64,000 nucleotides of DNA from Camelus ferus (Eukaryota), in assembly GCF_009834535.1 (NCBI RefSeq), contig NC_045696.1:26972001-27036000 (forward strand), written 5' to 3'. Shown here piece after piece: positions 52,878-64,000 of this stretch. Under the pieces are notes generated by a model. That model did no database searches and had not been told where the DNA came from. It saw nothing but the letters and a program-made list of their open reading frames with translations. The position numbers and the translations under genes are program-made. The stretch's first letter is position 1; each line of letters begins with the position of its first letter.

Positions 52878-55800
52878 GTGCCATCTATATATTTCCAAGA
52901 AAAATTATTTTCTAACAAAGCACCCAGAACACTGTTTTCATTTTTTATTTGGATTTCTGTTTAGATGACCTAATCATAAAATACCCCCGGGGTTACAAAG
53001 TATCAAAACATACATGCTACAAATTGAATGATCAAATATCTTTATTGTTCTACTGTTTTTAAAAAAGTTAATGGTTTTAAATGTTTCACATCAAACTGAA
53101 ATATAGTTTTCAATCACTTAAATGAACATGAGTTAGCAATATCTAGAACAAACTGAAGTCTCCTCTCAGGTTACCCTCTCTTTATCAAAACTACGTTCAT
53201 AAGTAGATACCTGTATGTTACATTTAAGTCCCCAAACAGCAGTGATAGAAACATTGACTTCTAAATTGAAAAAATATGTATGTGTTGACATTGTTGGCTA
53301 CATGTTCATTCCTATCATCTTAATATAATCTGTAGTACCTGTTATTTTCCCCTAAAATAGAGTTTGTCAGTTAACAGAAAAATATTTTCTCTCCTTTTGT
53401 ACTTTGTGATTCCAATACTTTATTAAGCTGTTTTAAAAAGTCATTCTTGCTTTCTTTAAGTTCTCTACTTGGTGGCATTGCCACCACTGAGTTTTTATTA
53501 TGTAAATGATTGCAATCTGGTTAGCTCCTTCCGTCTTTTTTCTTAACAAAAGGGGTCTGCAAGTGCTAATCAAAATGCTGCAATTTACATATTAATGAAG
53601 TTTTTATAATGACATTTTCTTCATACACAGGGCGAGCAAAAGGGAGACTTTTTATCTTTTTTTTTTGAGAAAGCAACTACTAAAATTTTGATCTTATGAA
53701 GTATCTTTGAAACTTTCCAAAGCTGACTGGGATGGCATTTATATATTTTAATCAGACAGACACAGAACAAAAGCACAAGGTACAAGCTTCACACATGTGG
53801 TGTTTATAAAGAAATAATTTTTTGTATACATTCATGCACTTGTAATTACACAAAATGCTAAGGACACGTTCAGCAGTAAGGATGCTGTGCACAATCAAGT
53901 CCTAATCATTTTCAGGAAAGGAAAAACATTCCACTAAAAATGAGGAGAGACGAGGAGTGTTCAAAAGCTGTGTCAAAAGTGTCCAGCTGTTTTCATAGAA
54001 TATAGGTGATTTCCTGGTGCTAGCAAAATCCAGGAGAAGCATTATAACAACTAGAAATGTCCATAATTGCTATAAGCCCAAGTATGAAGATTCATAAAAA
54101 TAGAATAAGTGGATGAAAGTAGTTAAAATAATCTTCTTAATAATGAGGTACTCTGATTATAAAAGTACTTTAACTCTTTAGAACGTGTCACTAAAACCCA
54201 AGCTGTAAAAACAAATTACCAATCTGTCACTAGAATATGGTCTCCCACAGATAATGTACTCATAAGTAAAAAAACAGAGATATTTCAATATTAATCATTA
54301 TTTAGTCAATGACATCCTTTGGAAATTCAGGCAATGAATCAATTTGCGTTACATTTTTTTAATATCAAATAAGCATACAGGCACAATATTTTTAATTGTA
54401 ATTGTTTACAATCAATAGGATTCTGAAAGGGTGTATATATACACTAAGGGAGAAAAAAATTTTTTTCTCTAACATTTTTGTGTGAATTCTTGATTGTATT
54501 ATAAAAAGTATTTTATGTGAAAAATTTAGTCACTAATTTGAAAATGTCAGTGCTTTTCCAAATCCTATTTTTTTTTTTAGAAACTGATGTAAAAATTAGT
54601 ATTTTTAGACATTTCTAACAATAGTGATATAATGGTTATTTTCTCTAAAATTATTTCATGTTATAAAAGACATTTTGGTATCTAGGATCAGTAAAATTTC
54701 TAATTTTTAATTTTAATTTTAATAAATCTTAAGTAATATTAAAATTATCTGAACATCATATAGTTTTTAAATCTGAAAAATAAAAATATAATCATATATA
54801 TATATATATATATATGTCAACTTAACTTGGCTTTGATAAATAAATTAGATATTTATTTAGGAAATAAAAGTTGATGAGAACAGACAACTCCTATTTTGGA
54901 TTCATGGGAAGATACCCCAACAAGTGAAATAATAGGGCAGGTCTTACTGCTTTTCACAGCAGGACAAGAACACCCAGTTAGATAAGATGACATCATGCCA
55001 AGGCCATTAGTCCAATCACCGGCCTGTGCCTGCAAGTGCTGCGGTGGAGACACATGGAACCACCTGCAGTCACATCTGGCCACTTGGGCACTTGAGTTGG
55101 CACAAGCATGCTATAGGAAGAGTGAGGCTCCTGTCTGAACTATTCACCCCAAATCCTTTAATATAGTGAGAATATTTATTTTAACAAAGGAGAATCCTTA
55201 AAACTATGAAACTCTCAGCTGTGCATGTACAATCCACAGAAAGTTTATTTTTCTTTTTCCTCTTCTTCACTTGAGTGATTTGGTTTCTGAATAGCTTCAG
55301 TCTTGCTCCAGGCCTTTGAACTGTTGATTGCTCATGGTCAGATATTGATTTCAGGTTGTACCAATTTATTGAAATTGTACTTAATTTCACAGAACCTCCA
55401 TCACTTGCTGATAGACCGGTTTGTGTGGAAGGGGACAAATGACTTCCCTCTGGGAAACCTGACCTCTTCTAACCACAGGTATATACAGGCCTTCCAATGA
55501 CAGAGAGTAATTGTTCTAATCTTTTGCTGGTTATCCCACAAGTTGCACAATTGTTTCAGTCTCCGAAGGGGGAAAATATTTGACTTAATTCTGTTTGCTA
55601 TTGTTTTCCTCAATGCTAATTATAACCAAATTAATATACCTGGATTATTTAAAAAAACATATTAAACTGTGAACTCCAGAGAACTGAATCATATAGGACT
55701 GTCAGTTATCAAACTTATTTTTAAAAGTATATTGCCATCCAGAATTAAAACTACACATTAAAACGTATGCACATGTACGCACACACACTCACCAACTACA

Positions 55801-56162
55801 GTAAGTCAGCCATAACAAACACTAGACAGACACAAGTGTTTTCCAATTCTTTCTTTGTAGTCGCCAAATTCTGAGCCACTCTTTGTTTGCTGACTTGGCA
55901 CTTTTATGCAACCTCACTGTGCCTATTCAGTTTAATCTAAACATTATGCTGTGCTCATTTCTAGTACTATTTGATTAGTACATACAACAGCTGTAACTTG
56001 TCAACTTAATCTGTTTTTCCTAAGGAGGTGTGTTTTGGCTTATTTGTTTTTAACTTAATTCAAAACATCACTCTCCTTTCCCCATCCCAAGAGGAAAGTA
56101 TGCAAGTGGTACCAGAGAGTAGAAGAATGTTTGACTATGGGGTCTTTTTCCTCCCAAACTAA

Positions 56163-56697
56163 AGAAGGGTAGCAGAATGTGCCATCCCAAAAATATGCCT
56201 CTTTGGCATAAGGATTATTTTGAGCTGAATATTTCAACAAACTGCAGACACCAGAGCATTTCTGAAAACAGAGTCAAAGCCACCCTTTCGTAAGGAACAC
56301 TTACATTTTTAAGGGAACTCTCCACTTGTGTCTGCCTCTGTAGCAGGAAAAGAAGGATAACTCTGAATCACAAGGACCTCATCTATGGAGAAGGCAGGGA
56401 CTTAAATCTGCATATCAAATCTTATCCCTGTTTACTGTGCTTTATCTGGTAATTTCCCAAAACTAGCCTCTACTACCACCCAGATTTTTTTGTCTTTTAG
56501 CTGATGATGGTATTTTAGGTGGTGACTTGGGCCATCTCTGAAAGACACTGGTTCCCTGGGTATCTCCTATGTGAGGCATGCATGTTAATAAACTTCTATT
56601 TATTTTTCTCATGTTAATCTATTTTATGTTTAAGGGGTGAAGGTCCTCAATCAAGAGCTCAGAAGGGTAGAGAGAAAATTATTTTTCCTCCCCTACA
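56163..56697 (+). mobile_element. MER34-like ERV1 solo LTR
   Basis: CAGAATGTGCCATCCCAAAATATGCCTCTTTGGCATAAGGATTATTTTGAGCTGAA; AATAAA; ends CCCCTACA; TSD CTAA. Confidence 0.8.
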
Positions 56698-57194
56698 CTA
56701 ATACCAGGGTACTCAACAGACTCCTGCCAACCTAATGCTTTTATTGATATATTTCAGGCTATAAGAAGGCAACAGAAGAAGCAATTGGTTCAACTAGGCT
56801 TTTGCTGAGAAGAAACAAATCTAAAAACACTTTAAGAATCTATTAGGCCAAGCCAATTGGAGAGAAAGCTAAAAATGCCATCAAACAATATAGCCAATGC
56901 TAAAGAGAAAACTTACTAAGATTTTAGTTATCTTCTGGTTGACATTGTATTTGTAGGTCACATTTCCTATGTTTAAAGTAAAATATATTTAAAATAGTTA
57001 ACACAGAAATTTGACAAATTTTAAAATGTTACCAAAAAATAATTATATCACCTTCAAAGGGTTTGCAAGAGCTTAATAACATATCTTCAACAAAATGTAG
57101 ACAATTCACCACAAATAAAAATGAGTAACAATAATATAGTAACAATAACAACATTATCAAAATGTAGTTAATAGATAAATGAGATTCGTCTTAA

Positions 57195-57530
57195 CAGTTT
57201 CCAGAGGGGGGAAAAAAATTTTTTCCTCTTCCCTCCTAGGTTCAGTGCCTGAGGGCCTGTGAATTAAAATGATGAGGGCCTGTGAATTAAAATGACAAAA
57301 GACAGATTAGCAAAAGTTTTAATTACATACATATAAACAGGAGCTCACAAAGAAATGAGACTCAGGAAGGCAACCAGAATTGGGGGTTTAATGTATTATC
57401 CCAAAGGGTAGAGTGGAAGGCTAGACAAAGTGTGGGGTGTGGAGAAGAGGCTAGACAAAAAAGAAGGGGATCTGGGGCTTCTAGAGGGCAAGTGAGTCAT
57501 GCGAAGGTGACTAGGAATAGCATGGAACTC
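57195..57530 (-). mobile_element. ERV1-like LTR fragment with 23-bp tandem duplication
   Basis: TGAGGGCCTGTGAATTAAAATGA twice in tandem (57250-57295) in LTR-like context; family uncertain. Confidence 0.4.
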
Positions 57531-58889
57531 ACTCCACCAAAACTCTTCTGTTCAAGGTCTTACTTTAAATTGCCAACCACAGGAGGCATCCTATGGATTC
57601 AAAACAAGGTATATATCACTTTTCATATTCTCACTCACTTATCCTCATGACTTCAGCTACCATCGAGCGTCCATAATTTCAAAACCTATAGTTCTAACTC
57701 AACTCCCTCTCTGGGCACTAAACAAAATACTCGTAAATTCAGTGAACATTTACTGAGCATTTACTGCTTGCCAGACATGCCATATGCTTCCCAGACTCTA
57801 TGTAATCATATATTAGTCAATTGTGTTTCTATCTTCCTTTCCCTACTCACCCTCCCAAAATTCAAAACGTCACTATCAGCAAAGAAACATGGCAACATGA
57901 CACAGTCCATCTTCTAAAACAGAAATCTGGGGGTAAGGTTTTCTTGGTTCCTTTCCTTCTCTTACTATCAGATACAACTGGTTATTAAGTCAGGTTTATT
58001 CTAAGTTGTTACTCTCTCTCTAATTTCCTATCCTTATTTCCACAAGCAACATAATCCAGGTACTCGTCCTGATTTTCTTGGATTTTCCCAACTATTTTCT
58101 AAATAATTCCCAAGGATTGTATCATCTGCCTCTTTTCTTTCTAAACACAATTACTGCATTGAACCCTTTAAAATAAAAGTTTGATAATATCACTCCCCCT
58201 AATTAAAGTTCCCAATTGCCCATGGTAACATTTCCCAAGGATGATTTGCTTTGTGAGATGGTAATATAACTTCTAATAAAAAGATTGGTATTAACAATAT
58301 TTCCATTTCTGATATGTAAAGTATATATATGTTAGAAAGCTATTATCATGCTACAGTTGATTTTAGCTAACAGCTTTCCAGAATACTGAACATTAGGCAA
58401 TCGCATAGGAGATCATTTTATTCATGAAATCTGTGCACTGATGGCAGGGGCAGCTGTGTCTCATTAATTGTCATATACTGCACGGCCTATTTGGTTATAG
58501 CTGCTTATATTATATATCTTAATAATACAAAAATTGTTGTGATATTTAGGTTTTATTGTATTTAAAGCATGTGATTCAAATATTTATTATTTCTCAGAGT
58601 ATCTAATTAGTCCTAAAGAACATTTTTATTTGCCGTCTACTATAATCTAAACAAACGTATTATCCCATATGTTGGTTTTCCTCCAATATGTTACGATTTT
58701 TAAAAAATATTGCCATGAACAAATGAGTTTTGCAATACTGACTAACCATATGGAATCCAAAGGCTCTTCATACTTTGTTTGCCTTCCTGAACAGTCAGAC
58801 TTCTCACATTTTTTCAGTTGCAATATCCCATTCTCTTATAATTCTCTTCTTTTTGCACATGACATTCTCCCCATTTGATAGCCTATCCT

Positions 58890-59249
58890 TTGAGTCTAGC
58901 TGGTACACATTTGGAAAGCCAATGGTATAAGTTTCAGTCAAAAACTAAGGAGAGCCAATGTTTCAGTTTCAGTCCAAGTCCAGAGACCAGAAAAGACTAA
59001 TCTTCCATCTCATGCAGTCAAGCAGAATTTCCTCCTTACTCAGCCTTTTTGCTCTGTTCAGGTATTCACTTAATTGAGTGATAGCCACCCATATTTGGGA
59101 GGGCAATCTGCTTTACTAGGTCTACTGATTCAAATGTTAATCTCATCCAGAAATACCCTCAGAGACACATTAGAATAATCTTTGTCTGAATAATGTTCGA
59201 TCAAACCTTATGGCGTTGTCAAGTTGACATGTAAATTTAATCATCACAC
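58890..59249 (-). mobile_element. MLT2-like LTR, partial
   Basis: GAGGGCAATCTGCTTTACT...TCTACTGATTCAAATGTTAATCTCATCCAGAAA...GTCAAGTTGACATGTAAATTTAATCATCACA. Confidence 0.75.
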
Positions 59250-60565
59250 TTATTTTCAAAGAAGGAACTGAGAAGATACAAAGGAAAAAATAACAACAGA
59301 TAAATAACTTAATAAGTTAAAATTTTAAATTAAAAAAAATGAGTAATAATTTAGCTACTTGAAATTTTACCCAAGATGAATTGGTCTTATTTTTGAGAAA
59401 TCTCTATCAACAGTTTTGCTTGACTTAAAATATTAATTTTATTATCTAATTGACCATATTTTTAAAAGTCTAAATTTTGACTAGATTTGGGGAGAATGCT
59501 TCCACTATTTTATGTGTTTGGTTATTGCTTGAATTGCTATAATTATTTCCAAATATCAGTTTTTCTCAGATGCTACAAAATAAGAGAAGCTTTAATGTGG
59601 CCAGAAGAGTTTAGGGCTGTGTTCATGGATGGCCTGCATGTGGTGAAATTCCAGACTGAATTCCTAGACCAAACACTTGAACATGGTGTATTAATTCACA
59701 GATGTATTCATAGATTAATTCATCTCACAGAAATCTTTCTGTCTAAAGGGCACATTTTGTAGTGTATGTGTACTTGTTTATTGGCTGAGTATCCCTCTGA
59801 GGCTCATAGGGGCAGACACCATATCTCTATTGTTCATTGACATGTATCAAGCACCTGGCACAGTCCCTGGCATGTACTAAGAACTCTGTAAGTATCTGCT
59901 GAATGACGAAATGGATAAGCATACATTGTTTAGGTGTCAACTCCTGTGTTTCCCCAAGAACAAAAACTGTAAGCCAACTGTAGCACATCTAACCCTAATT
60001 CATTTTAGTCATTTGATTTAGAATTTAGGCTGGCTTGCGCCTTTCTGTCTAGGTCCCAAAGTGACTTAAAATCTATTAAGTAAGTTTTGTACATAAATTA
60101 CTATAATATAAAATATAAGAATAAAGCAATCAAGAAAAAGTTATGCAAAGGAGGGAATAACAGATTCTGAAGTGTCTGCAAAATTTCTCCATGTTTACTT
60201 AACATGGTCCTAAGGAGTGGTATGTTTTATAATCTGATCAAATGCAGTCTAATGCTATCATCATTTATATTTACTGTCCTCTTTCATGGGAGCAAACAAA
60301 TATGCAACAGCATAAATTTATTGGCAAGAAAATTCTCATTTCTTAATGATAAAGTTTTATTTTTATTTTTAATTTTACATAGAAACTAACATACACTGAA
60401 AATTTCAGAATCAGTTTTCTTTTTATGATCTTAATAGATGAATTATCTGATATAAAAATTAAGTACCAGACTTGTCTAATTTTATAGAAGTTATAAAAGG
60501 AGAAAGATTGTATGGGTTAAACACAGAACTAGGATTTAGGCAATCTGTATTAAGAATCCTTTTCA

Positions 60566-60708
60566 GGGGAGAGAGTATAGCTTAAGAGGTAGAGCACATG
60601 GTAAGCACACACAAGTTCCTGGGTTCAATCCCCAGTACCTCCTCTAAAAATAAGTAAACGAGTAAACCCAACCACCTCCCCCCCAAAAAAAAAAATTTAA
60701 AAAGAAAA
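60566..60708 (+). mobile_element. tRNA-derived SINE (camelid Vic-1-like)
   Basis: GGGG start, A box TAGCTTAAGAGG, B box GGTTCAATCCC, C-run and A tail, imperfect TSD AAGAATCCTTTTCA / AATAATCTTTTTCA. Confidence 0.8.
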
Positions 60709-60826
60709 AATAATCTTTTTCAGTTAAGTGATCTTGGCCAGTTTCCTCCCTGAATTTTCCTGTTTTTAAAATGGGGTTATGAAAGTACTTTGTAAACTGA
60801 ATACAATTGTAATTATTGGTCATATG

Positions 60827-60918
60827 AACTGATTACTATATACAGTTTTTAATTTAAAGTGATTACTGTATATAGTTTTTAAGGTAAACTGATTACTACG
60901 TATATTTTTAATTTAAAA
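60827..60918. repeat. Three ~30-bp degenerate tandem repeats
   Basis: TGATTACT...TTTTTAA..TAAA three times. Confidence 0.7.
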
Positions 60919-63518
60919 TTTTTCATTTTCTAAATAAAGAGGGAGGATGATGAAAAAGTTCAGAAGGCAATGTATTAAAAATTCATTTTAACACATTTTG
61001 TGTTAATAAAAAGTTCAATGTGGATAAGGCAATGACCACCACCACCCCGGAAAAGGTGTAGTATTTTATGATGTTTTTCTCATCTTTACCTGGAATGCAA
61101 ATAGTAATAGCAAATAATGCTACTAGTGGAAGCAACTCGATTACAAAATAAGTTTCACAGCATATAGAACAGTACAGGAATGGTGCAATGTAATATTGAT
61201 GAAATGAGTCACTCCTTTCTCTTCATTTTCAGAGGACATTGTATAGATCTTTAATTGCTCTTAGAATATGCCAAGCTTTTTCTTCTGTTTTTATGGCAAT
61301 TATTAAAAGAGCTAATCTTTTACTATATATCAGTGGCTAGAGTTAGGCAAGTGTCTGGGCATGTGTTATAAGACTATCTTTGGAGGTAACCAGAAGAGAG
61401 AAGTGGTTATCTTTATCCAAACTTAAATCAAGGAGTATTGTGTCCCTAGTGCATTATATCTCCAGAGCACAAAATAACAACAGTTGTCCTACAGTGCCCA
61501 CACATAGTTAGTTATTTCCCTTCTGATATGCTGACTAAGGTGACTTAGCTTCAAGGGTCATCTTCCATTCAAAAACCATCTTGGCTACATGTTTGCTAAA
61601 GCTATTAAATCACAGCAAACAAAAGCTGTGCTTTTCTATAAATGTACAAAGCCTTGAAAAAGCTTTCGGTTTTGGACAGTCAGAATCGAGTTATTTGTAT
61701 AGGTATAAACATCCATCAAAGACCACCCACCACCCATCTCTCTCTCTTCATAGCACAATGCCAACCAGTTTAATGGTTGTTAAATCTGAGTAACAAAAAT
61801 GTTATTAGCAGTTCTTGTGATTGTACTTTCTTTATTGTTTGCCAAAATGTGCTCAGAATTAAGTGGAATGAAGATTTAGATATGAGATTCTGATACACAG
61901 CATGTAAGTGAGGCACTTATAACAGCAAAGAGTGAACAGACATTTGACAAAGGTTAAAGAGGCACCTTTTTTGTCTCCTGACCTGTATATACTGCTCTGT
62001 ATATTCACTTACCTTCAATTCTGCATTGGCTGACAGCCATTAATACGGAATTTTTAACTTTCCTACAATTAAACCAACAAATCTACCTGTATTTAATTCC
62101 TCCTTTTCTTTCCTGACTGTAATTACAACAGAGAAAGTGTTCTTTCCTCTAAGAAAGGAAAGAGTTTCCACCAAAACTCTGGCTGTCATCTCCCCTAGCT
62201 GTCACAAGTTAGCCATCCTTGACTATACTGCCTAAAGCATTGCTCATTATTGTCAGTGTCATAGCACTGATCAAATCTGACATTATTTTGCCTACATGTC
62301 CACTTTTCTCCCCCCATCTAGAATTAAGCTTCATGAGGGCTGGGACCCTGTCTCGCTGGTATTATAGTCTCTGGCACATAGTGCCTGCCTGGGATATCAC
62401 AGGTGCCCAATTTTTGTTGAAAAATAAATGATTAAATAAAATGGTTACTGTGTTTGAAGGGATTGCAAGTTAGTCTACCAACAAACTCTAGCGTTTTTGC
62501 CAGGATTAAATAAGTTAATAGGTATAAACCATATAAAAACAGTGCTTTATTAGCATTATCAACTATTAGCTAATATTAATACAATTCACATGAAATAATG
62601 AACTAGACTTTAAGACACTGGATGTGAGGCAGCATTCTGGGAATTACTTCGGAAATAATAACACTTAAGATCTACTGTCAACCTACATGGCTTTGAAATG
62701 TCTCTGCAAAAAAATTAGTTTGAACCAAAGGACATCTTAGTTTCTTTCCAGCTGTAAAATTCAGCAGCTTTGCAGTTTGAGTCATTACAAGAGAAATAAC
62801 ATCATTGTAGCTAGATTTAATGACAAAGACTCCAAGAGGATCTGTGATAGGAAATAGGCTTTTTAAAACAACAAAAATTAACTAGAACTGTCCAGATGTA
62901 AAACATAGCATGTAATGCACAGAGGGGTGGGAACCTCTTCCCACTTTCTTAGAGCTCAGAGTCTGATGAGCCAGAATTTAAATAAATAATCAGAACACAG
63001 ATAGATCAGTTCTAGTCTATGGAAAATCTATGTAGGAGTTGCTGCTGAAATCTAGTTAAGAGAGTAGTTAATTGACCTGAAAGATCTAGGAAGTCTTTAT
63101 TTGTAAACCTAGAAAAGGGAATAGAAGTTCCCTACATAAATAAAGAGTAAATGTTATTCAGAGGGAATAGAGTAGATACACATTCCTTGGAATGTTTAAG
63201 AAATGATAGTAGTTTAGAGCAAATACTGTTTAAGACAAAGAAAGAAAGACACAACAATTAGAAGAAATCAGGCAGGAAAGTGAGACTGGGAACAGTTTGT
63301 AAAAGGTCTTTTTTATTTGAATCAGTCCAGGATCTGTTGAAGGAAGCAAAAAAAAAAAAAAAAAAAAAAACAACAACAACAAAAAAAAAACAAAACCAAA
63401 AAAAACCCAAAACCAAAACAACAACAAAATACTCTAGCAATTATAAGCAGGCTAAAAGCTTACAAAATTGAATGGAATGGGCTCTAGACTGTTTCCAGGA
63501 ATGACTCCCAAAACCATA

Positions 63519-63862
63519 TTGTTGGCCTACGACAATGCAGACTGCCAGATGTTTCTCCAGCAAAGATGTGATTATTTGGGATCAGCAGAGAATTGCAGTT
63601 CAGGGTCTGCAAACATGGTAAGTCACATACAAGTCCACAGGGCAGGGGAAGGAGAAAGCTTCTACAGAGAGGAAAAGGAAGTTGAGAGGGCTATGGTAGA
63701 CAAAGAGTCCATGGCTCTAGATTGGCTGAGTCCTTGCCAGGGAAGAGGGCTCTTTCTTCTTCCTGTTGGGCTCTGCTCTCATCATCAGGTGTGAGAGCTC
63801 TCCTTTCTGGTCTCTGAACTGTATTTAATTGAAGTTTCTCTTTATTTTTTTTATAATATCAA
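63519..63862 (-). mobile_element. ERV-like solo LTR
   Basis: TGTTG...CAACA inverted termini, reverse CCAAT (GATTGGCTG); family not assigned. Confidence 0.45.
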
Positions 63863-64000
63863 CATAGATTCAATACACTGGAGCCACCTTAATGGCCTCC
63901 CAATACTCATGAAATTGTGACACCACTACAGAAAACCTGTCTTTACTGCTGTACATGACAGCAGAAAACACACCAAGGCAACAGAAACATGAGTAATCAA

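Noticed and set aside
60566..60640. Functional tRNA gene
   Set aside because: Degenerate cloverleaf with tail and TSD; it is a SINE head.
60827..60918. CRISPR-like repeat array
   Set aside because: Eukaryotic context, tandem degenerate units without unique spacers.
63230..63471. Poly-Lys/Thr and poly-Phe ORFs
   Set aside because: Translation of an A-rich simple repeat (63348-63429).

Overview
AT-rich mammalian genomic DNA, either intergenic or deep intronic; I found no convincing host exon. The L1 3' ends are cetartiodactyl-type and a tRNA-derived SINE at 60566 resembles camelid Vic-1, so the host is probably a camelid (inference). Most of the window is ancient repeats (MIR, L2, MLT, MER, L1). 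The centrepiece is a young, 5.2-kb non-autonomous class I (gamma-like) endogenous retrovirus at 37166-42376. It has two 451-bp LTRs differing at 7 sites, a CTAG target-site duplication (TSD), a tRNA-Thr primer-binding site (PBS), a decayed gag, and large deletions of pol and env. Its gag carries a 228-bp, frame-preserving insertion derived from spliced host ATXN7 (ataxin-7/SCA7) mRNA, covering the CAG tract, MATVGER motif and half a zinc finger, and joined by microhomology. This looks like retroviral capture of a cellular gene fragment. The provirus also has a decayed ~160-codon pre-gag ORF and an intact 58-aa two-transmembrane ORF overlapping the env start. A solo LTR of the same family lies 10 kb downstream, nested in an older MER34-like LTR. 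All family and gene identifications come from recalled sequences, not database searches.
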